Shown: positions 57,597 to 64,000 of the stretch, piece after piece
Layout of the letters: each line of letters opens with the position of its first letter
Numbering within the stretch: position 1 is the stretch's first letter
Assembly (NCBI GenBank): GCA_964016885.1
Contig: OZ024745.1
Coordinates: forward strand, 1,054,001-1,118,000
Reading direction: 5' to 3'
DNA: 64,000 nt
Source of the DNA: Eledone cirrhosa
Taxonomy: Eukaryota
Position numbers and translations under genes: made by a program
The notes under the pieces: model-generated
The model's database searches: none
Seen by the model: only the letters and a program-made list of their open reading frames with translations
Told to the model about the DNA's origin: nothing

Positions 57597-59550
57597 CACC
57601 GTGTAGCAAAAAAATTTTTTTTCTCTATTCCTGGCTTGTATTCACTTTTTTTGTGTGGCTTAGGTCCCAAATAAATTTTAAAAAAGTGCTATTAAACAGT
57701 TAAAAGTTGGGGTTTGTAAAAATTCTAAGCTATTCACTAGAATTATTTGTATGCTGGATTTTACGTTGTATGTAAGTTTAATTTGCTTATGTTAAATGAT
57801 TTTTTTTATATATGTTTCAGGTTAAATTAAAATTATAAAATAAAGAGTAATACCTAAAGAAAATTATAAAAGTGCAATAAAATATAAAATTGTTAAAAAG
57901 TGGATTAAAGAGATTTATTGATACTGGATTTTCGCACCCTGAATAAAGGGTAACTTGTGTTTTAAGCACGAATTTTCATTAGTATGATTGGTGTTCTTTT
58001 ATATTATTTAAATATGTATTTCCCTTTCCAATATTTATTCTGTATTGCATATCAAATTTATTTTCCAAGACAAGTATTCTGATAAAGAGGAGGAGATGGA
58101 TGCTGAGGACTTGGATTACCTGCCTGAGGTACCAGAAAAAGTTCCTCATTTCCCAAACCAAAAAGAAGTCAATGACTTCGTCAGGGATATGGGTCTGACC
58201 AAGTCCTATTCGTCTCCAGGATGAAGCAGTGATACTTGGTCGAGGAGGAAGTGCAGGTGACAAGTCAGAGAAGTCGACACAAACCTTTCTCAGGCTTTTA
58301 CACTCTTAGGGATGGCCTCTGCTTCTGCCATGACGTGCCTGGACTGTTTGACGTTATTGGGGTGCCGTTTGTGCCCAAGGAGTGGCGGCTATTTATAGAC
58401 AGCTCCACCACAAGTTTGAAGGTCGTCCTCCTCCACAATGGAAACAAGTTCCCGACACTGCCCCTAGCTCATTTAGTATGCCTGAAGGAAGATTACTACA
58501 GTGTGAAAGTCCTCTTGGAAGCTCTGCAATACAACCAGTACAATTGGGAAATCATTGGAGACTTCAAGATGGTGGCTTTCCTGCTTGGACTCCAATGAGG
58601 CTTTATCAAATTCCAATGCTTCCTCTGCCTTTGGGACAGCAGAGCCACCTCTGACCACTACAAAAGAAAGAACTGGGAGCAGCGAACAGAATTTGTAGTT
58701 GGGACCCGGAACGTCATGTGGGAGCCACTGGTTGATCCCAGGATTGTGCTCATGCCGCCACTGCACATTAAGTTGGGGTTGATGAAGCAGTTTGTGAAGG
58801 CTCTCAACCAAGAATCAGCCGCTTTGAAGTACCTTCTTGAGTTCTTCCCCAAGTTATCTGAGGTCAAATCAAAGGTGGAATTTTTGTTGGACCTCAGATA
58901 AAGAAGGTGTTTGAGTCTACCGAGTTCTCCAATAAGCTCAATAGGATTGAGAGAACAGCATGGAACTGTTTCAAGGCAGTTGTTAAGGGTTTCCTAGGCA
59001 ACTACAGAGCTGAAAACTACCAGCAACTGGTGCAGGATCTGATAAAGGCTTTTGGCGCCATGGTCCATATGCTGGACGCTCACCTGGAAAAATTCAAGGA
59101 CAATATGGGCGCCTACTCAGAAGAACAAGGCAAACGATTCCACCAAGATGTGAAAGAGATAGAGCGGAGGTACCAGGGCCACTACAATGACAAAATGATG
59201 GGGGACTATATCTGGGGTCCAGTGCGGGAATGCGACCTGGACTACAACTGCAAATCCAGTCATTTCTGACATGTATAAGTTGCTTTATAAGTGTTATTTG
59301 TTTTTACTTGTTTGCTTTTGATAAGCTTGTGTAATAAAAAAAATATATACTCTGTTGATTTGATTATATGAACTGATAAATTTTTTTAAATGTTTTTTTC
59401 TTGAAAAATATGAAAATTTCGAAATATAAAACTCCTGACCACAAACCCAAACTTCTGATTAAATAATAGTGTTTTTTTTATAATAATGGGATATAACAAA
59501 CCAGGAAATGACACTTAGAACCGGGGAACAAAAAAATATGTTACATGGTG
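57597..59550 (+). mobile_element. Chapaev3-type (CMC group) DNA transposon, both ends present, TTA TSD
   Basis: Termini 5'-CACCGTGTAGCAAAAAAATTTTT ... AAAAAAATATGTTACATGGTG-3' (imperfect TIRs, CAC...GTG). TTA at 57594-57596 and 59551-59553. Contains a transposase relic. Confidence 0.85.
58070..59269 (+). pseudogene. Chapaev3-type DDE transposase pseudogene
   Basis: Motifs WRLFIDSS-SLKVVLLHNGN, WEIIGDFKMV, CFLCLWDSRA, LMPPLHIKLGLMKQFVKAL, HMLDAHLEKF, EEQGKRFHQD and MMGDYIW, split over several frames. In-frame TGA at 58596 and further stops/frameshifts. Confidence 0.88.
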
Positions 59551-59719
59551 TTATAGGTAAGTTTTATAAAATATAAAATTATTTAAATATGGCTTAAATA
59601 TCACCATAACAAGGAAAAGGAATGTTAAACAATGATGAAAACGAATTATCATCATCGAATTTTCAATGGAACTTAAGCGCATATAAACCAAATGTTCTAT
59701 AAAAGTAATATAATGGAAT

Positions 59720-60180
59720 TTATGTTTGAAGAAAACTAGAAATGAATAAAAGGTTGGTTGTATGAAGCCTGCATATGACATGCAATGCTGCATGGTAGTA
59801 AAACATGGACAGCAACTGCAGAGAAATGAAGAGAGCATGCTTCAATGGATGTGCAACATTAATGTGTGAGAACATGAAAGCATGGATGAAGTGAGCGAGA
59901 AACTGAGTATAAAAGGAATCAGAGTGATATGTAAGAGAAAACTGCGCTGGTATGGTCATGTGATGAACATGGATAATGATTGCATGCTAAGACGTGCCAA
60001 GAAATTTCAGTGGAAGGATGCTCCAGCAGAGGAAGACCAGGGAAGACCTGTGTGGAAGTTATGAGAGCTAAACACTAATTGCTGAAGCTCATGGTGGAAA
60101 TGACAAATGATCACGACAAGTGGAAGGATGCTGAAAAGGACCTGCTCAGCCTATGCAAGCATGGAACTTATGAGGATGAT
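59720..60180 (+). mobile_element. Degenerate RTE-like LINE 3' end
   Basis: EKLSIKGIRVICKRKLRWYGHVMNMDNDCMLRRA, then a frameshifted RGRPGKT-type motif. Ends GCCTATGCAAGCATGGAA...GATGAT. Confidence 0.8.
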
Positions 60181-60373
60181 AAATACACACAATAATGATT
60201 TGTCACCCACCTTACAGGTAAATCAAAATTATAGTTAAGGGATTTAGTCAATAATATTGACCCTAATACTATTATTTCAAATGTACGGCCTTGATCCATT
60301 TAAGAAAGCATGATATTGATATGTTCTGGTAAAATATCTGTCGTGGAAAAATTAAAGTTAGAAAAATACTTAC

Positions 60374-60437
60374 TTTCTGCTTCACTAAGAATTTTTGCCA
60401 ACTGTCCATTTCTCTTCTTAACATTCTTTAGTTCAGC
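60374..60437 (-). CDS. GKAP1: GKAP1-like exon (64 nt, phase 0-1): AELKNVKKRNGQLAKILSEAE
   Basis: Acceptor tttatgatttcAG and donor GTaagt. Matches the recalled GKAP1 segment AKYKEVKARNAQLLKMLQEGE. Confidence 0.9.
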
Positions 60438-60980
60438 CTGAAATCATAAAATATAATAAAAAATACAAGAAACTGAATTTCTCCATCCTCCCTATTAAAA
60501 TATTTTGAATTTATGAATAAATTAACTCTACTGAAGAATTTATCTGCTCAGTGAACAGTTGCATCTTGCAAAACTATCTTTTTAGTGAAGTCAAACGCTT
60601 ATCAACAGCTGGATGTCAGCTCACAAAATATCTTCTAACTTTTAAAGAGTTGCTTAAAACAGTCATTATCTGTCTATATGAATCTTAATGGATACTTGCA
60701 GTACATCAGGCTAGTGTTTATCTCCAGATAAGATGAATCTGCCCCTACACAGAATACCAGTTAATTGCAGGTTAAATTACCCTGTGAACAGAATTAAACA
60801 CAGCCATTGAAACCAGTTAAATACTTGACAAATTTACAGTGCAGTTGGCTTTGCTTACAGATTTATTTAGGCAGAATAAATAGTTGTATCAGTGAGATAA
60901 TAGAATGTATCTCCTCCATTCAGTGATCTATCTATTCCATAAATTTCTGTCTATCATGCCCTGCTCCTATGTGTGTACTT

Positions 60981-61798
60981 TAGTCCCGGAGGTAGCAGTG
61001 TTAATAGTGGGGTTTATACCCTATAGTCCCAGTGGTAGCAGTGTTAATAGTGGGGTTTATATCCTAGTCCCAGTGGTAGCAGTGTTAATAGTGGGGTTTA
61101 TATCCTATACTCCCAGTGGTAGCAGTGTTAATAGTGGGGTTTATATCCGATAGTCCCAGTGGTAGAAGTGTTAATAGTGGGGTTTATACCCTATAGTCCC
61201 AGTGGTAGCAGTGTTAATAGTGGGGTTTATATCCTAGTCCCAGTGGTAGCAGTGTTAATAGTGGGGTTTATATCCGATAGTCCCAGAGGTAGCAGTGTTA
61301 AAAGTGGGGTTTATACCCTATAGTCCCAGTGGTAGCAGTGTTAATAGTGGGGTTTATACCCTATAGTCCCAGTGGTAGCAGTGTTAATAGTGGGGTTTAT
61401 ACCCTATAGTCCCAGTGGTAGCAGTGTTAATAGTGGGGTTTATACCCTATAGTCCCAGTGGTAGCAGTGTTAATAGTGGGGTTTATACCCTATAGTCCCA
61501 GTGGTAGCAGTGTTAATAGTGGGGTTTATATCCTATACTCCCAGTGGTAGCAGTGTTAATAGTGGGGTTTATACCCTATAGTCCCAGTGGTAGCAGTGTT
61601 AATAGTGGGGTTTATATCCTATAGTCCCAGTGGTAGCAGTGTTAATAGTGGGGTTTATACCCTATAGTCCCAGTGGTAGCAGTGTTAATAGTGGGGTTTA
61701 TACCCTATAGTCCCAGTGGTAGCAGTGTTAATAGTGGGGTTTATACCCTATAGTCCCAGTGGTAGCAGTGTTAATAGTGGGGTTTATACCCTATAGTC
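60981..61798. repeat. 43-bp minisatellite (~19 copies), intronic
   Basis: Unit GTCCCAGTGGTAGCAGTGTTAATAGTGGGGTTTATACCCTATA, with 41-bp variants. Confidence 0.96.
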
Positions 61799-62104
61799 TC
61801 TGCTAGCAAGGTTTGGACAGATGGGATTGATACTCAAAAGGGAGATATTGACCACACAAGCCAAAAACCTGCATCTCACATTCCTGTACCCACAATAGGC
61901 CAAGAACCTGCATCTTGCTTACATTTTTGCACTCTCCCAAAGCCACTAGCCCTTCATTTAGATATCACCCAGTGCACATTATTGTGACTGCCAGCATTAG
62001 GGAGGTTGTAATGTCTTTGACAGAGCTGAAGAGAATAGGTAATAGCCACATACTTTCTTAATAGCTACCAGTAGTTCCTCACAAAAAACAGCAACAATAC
62101 TTAC

Positions 62105-62206
62105 CTCTAACAATCCTACTTTATCTTTTAACTTCTTAACTTCTTTGTCTTTCTCCTTTATCTCCTCTTCATGTTTGGCAGCCAATACACTCTGAACAGC
62201 ATATTG
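62105..62206 (-). CDS. GKAP1: GKAP1-like exon (102 nt, phase 0-0): QYAVQSVLAAKHEEEIKEKDKEVKKLKDKVGLLE
   Basis: Acceptor tttctatttAG and donor GAG|GTaagt; coiled-coil heptads. Compare the recalled GKAP1 segment LELERKDAEIQKLKNVITQWE. Confidence 0.88.
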
Positions 62207-62379
62207 CTAAATAGAAATTTAACAAGACCAATTATCAATATATACTAGTTTCTTACACAGCCTTATATTCAAAGAAGCAATGAAAAATTAAGTTGTTTCA
62301 TCTATGGCTTTCTTACGGATATTAACAATATAACTGTATCAATCCCAATAGGTACATTGCATCCATGTGTGTCATAAGC

Positions 62380-62487
62380 AACTAAGAGGGTTGGTGTCAG
62401 GAAGGGCATCCAGTTGTAAAACATTGCTTCAAAAATACTGCCATCAACCCATGCAAGCACAGAAGAATTGACTTAAAAATGATGACG
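62380..62487 (+). mobile_element. SINE 3' part (GGTGTCAGGAAGGGCATCCAG family)
   Basis: GTTGGTGTCAGGAAGGGCATCCAGTTGTAAAAC...ACCCATGCAAGCA...AATGATGA; homologous to the 62815 and 63560 copies. Confidence 0.7.
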
Positions 62488-62596
62488 TATTTATCATCCT
62501 CATCACCTTTTAATGTCTATTTTTTCCACACTTACATATGGGTCATATATCTGTTGTATTTCCAGTTTAAAATAAGCCAAATCCCTTCAAGTTTAA

Positions 62597-62803
62597 CCCT
62601 TTAATGTTCAAACCGGCCAAAACCAGCCAGAATTCTCTACCTTTTTCTGTTGAAACTGGCTGTAACTGGTCGCTCAAACTGATGTTAAGGTATTGTTCTC
62701 AAAATAAATACTTTCAAAATCTCATAGATTCGATATTATGTGAGGTAAAGCCTTTACCATGAAAATATAATAGTATATATAGAGTAATGTGAATGCTAAA
62801 GGG
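62597..62803. mobile_element. piggyBac-type MITE, TTAA TSD
   Basis: TTAA at 62593-62596 and 62804-62807; ends CCCTTTAATGTTCA / TGAATGCTAAAGGG. Confidence 0.85.
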
Positions 62804-62814
62804 TTAAGAAGTGA

Positions 62815-62924
62815 TTAAAAGGGTTAGTGTCAAGAAGGGCATCCAGTTATAAAACATTGCCTCAAAACGCTCTGTCCAACCCATGCCAACAGGAGTATAG
62901 TCAACATAAAAATGATGATGATGA
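62815..62924 (+). mobile_element. SINE 3' part
   Basis: GGGTTAGTGTCAAGAAGGGCATCCAGTTATAAAAC...CCAACCCATGCCAAC...AATGATGATGATG. Confidence 0.7.
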
Positions 62925-63277
62925 ATGTCAATCCAGATGGAAACCAGGCCATGGATTAAACAGATATTTCTTTTCTATGTTTTCAACAAAGTCAGATAAA
63001 CTCCACAAGAGAATCAACAGCCATTAAAACAATAAAAAGGGTAAAACTCATAGCTTTTGACTCTCTAGCATTGTTGACTGTTTTGGAAACCCCTGTATTT
63101 GGTGGACTCTCTCTATTCTCTTACGCAGGGCCTGATTAAAAGAAGATTGTTGCTATGTACAAAGACCAGCCTATGTGGTTTATATCACTCCTGGCTAGGG
63201 TCATAATCATCTTATCTTAATTACATTCCTACTAAGGCTACATGTACTGATAGTTGATGAGTGATGGCCGGTGAGTT

Positions 63278-63368
63278 ATGGTTGGTGAGTGGTAGTCGAG
63301 TGATGATGGTTGGTGAGTGGTAGTCGAGTGATGATGGTTGGTGAGTGGTAGTCGAGTGATGATGGTTG
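63278..63368. repeat. 28-bp minisatellite (~3 copies)
   Basis: Unit ATGGTTGGTGAGTGGTAGTCGAGTGATG. Confidence 0.85.
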
Positions 63369-63484
63369 AGTGATGTTTCTCCTGCATCATCAGAAATGAC
63401 AGATGTATGCCAAACTGTGCAAGGTTAAGTCTGATATATTATAAATGACAAGCACTCAGTCCACTAATTAAAAGGTTGTAGTTC

Positions 63485-63729
63485 TGGTGCCACAACAAAG
63501 AGCACCCAGTCCACTCTGTAAAGTGGTCATAATGGTACAGCCAATTTCACCCTGTAAGTTGGTTGGTGTTAAGAAGGACACTTAGCTGTAGAAAATCAAA
63601 CGGACTACATGAGGACATCAGCTGACCTATATAACCTCATAATGTGACAGCTCATCTAACACATGTAAGCAAGGAAAATAAGACATTAAACAATGATGAT
63701 GATAATGGTGGTGGTGATGATAGTGATGA
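63485..63729 (+). mobile_element. SINE 3' part with (GAT/GGT)n tail
   Basis: GCACCCAGTCCACTCTGTAAAGTGG...GTTGGTGTTAAGAAGGACACTTAGCTGTAGAAA...CATGTAAGCAAGGAAAATAAGACATTAAACAATGATGATGAT. Confidence 0.65.
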
Positions 63730-63800
63730 AAATAAATTCTAGAAATCAGAATGAAATTTTGTGGTCCATTTTACCAAAATAGAATATTAAAAATATTTAC

Positions 63801-63931
63801 TTTCCGGTATTCCTCCTGCATCTTTTCATTATGCAGGATGCGGTTGTAACCAGCTTTAGTATTATCAACACAGTTAGAGCCTCCTCCATCATTCAATGGA
63901 CTTTTGTTCGATGACGTTTCATGCTTGACAC
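63801..63931 (-). CDS. GKAP1: GKAP1-like exon (131 nt, phase 1-0): VKHETSSNKSPLNDGGGSNCVDNTKAGYNRILHNEKMQEEYRK
   Basis: Acceptor ttttttacttacttttgaAG and donor AAA|GTaaat; in frame with the next exon. RILHNEKMQE resembles the recalled GKAP1 segment KILIREKRRE. Upstream exons lie beyond the right edge. Confidence 0.75.
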
Positions 63932-64000
63932 CTTCAAAAGTAAGTAAAAAATTAAATGTGAAAGAATTTTTATTTTCCTCCACAAGTAAGAAATTTATTA

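Noticed and set aside
57979-58867. Minus-strand and alternative-frame ORFs in the transposon
   Set aside because: Antisense or frame shadows of the GC-richer transposase pseudogene.
60905-61153. 82-aa ORF with hydrophobic repeats
   Set aside because: Translation of the 43-bp minisatellite.
60981-61798. G-quadruplex or telomere-like array
   Set aside because: Only one GGGG run per 43-bp unit with long loops, and no TTAGGG repeats.

Overview
AT-rich, repeat-dominated eukaryotic (animal) genomic DNA; the SINE/MITE motifs resemble those of octopus/cephalopod genomes (inference from recalled motifs, not a search). About 75% is tandem repeat: a 52-bp satellite with higher-order structure (1-32.2 kb), a 40-bp satellite (34.8-38.6 kb), an 11.6-kb (TAC)n-based compound array (41.8-53.5 kb) and four small minisatellites. 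Threaded through the right half on the minus strand are five small GT-AG, phase-compatible exons that the ORF track largely misses. They encode the C-terminal coiled-coil of a GKAP1 (G-kinase anchoring protein 1) homologue, plus a candidate 42-nt cassette exon. The 21.6-kb intron holds an antisense, intronless 634-aa modular-repeat ORF with basic NLS-like clusters and a C-terminal CaaX box (CVIV), which is the most intriguing unexplained feature. The same intron also holds a Chapaev3-type DNA transposon relic with TIRs and TTA TSD, a Penelope-like RT relic split at its catalytic Tyr codon by a Mariner-type MITE, TTAA-flanked piggyBac-type MITEs, RTE-like LINE fragments and tRNA-derived SINEs with TSDs. 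There is no CRISPR array or prokaryotic system.
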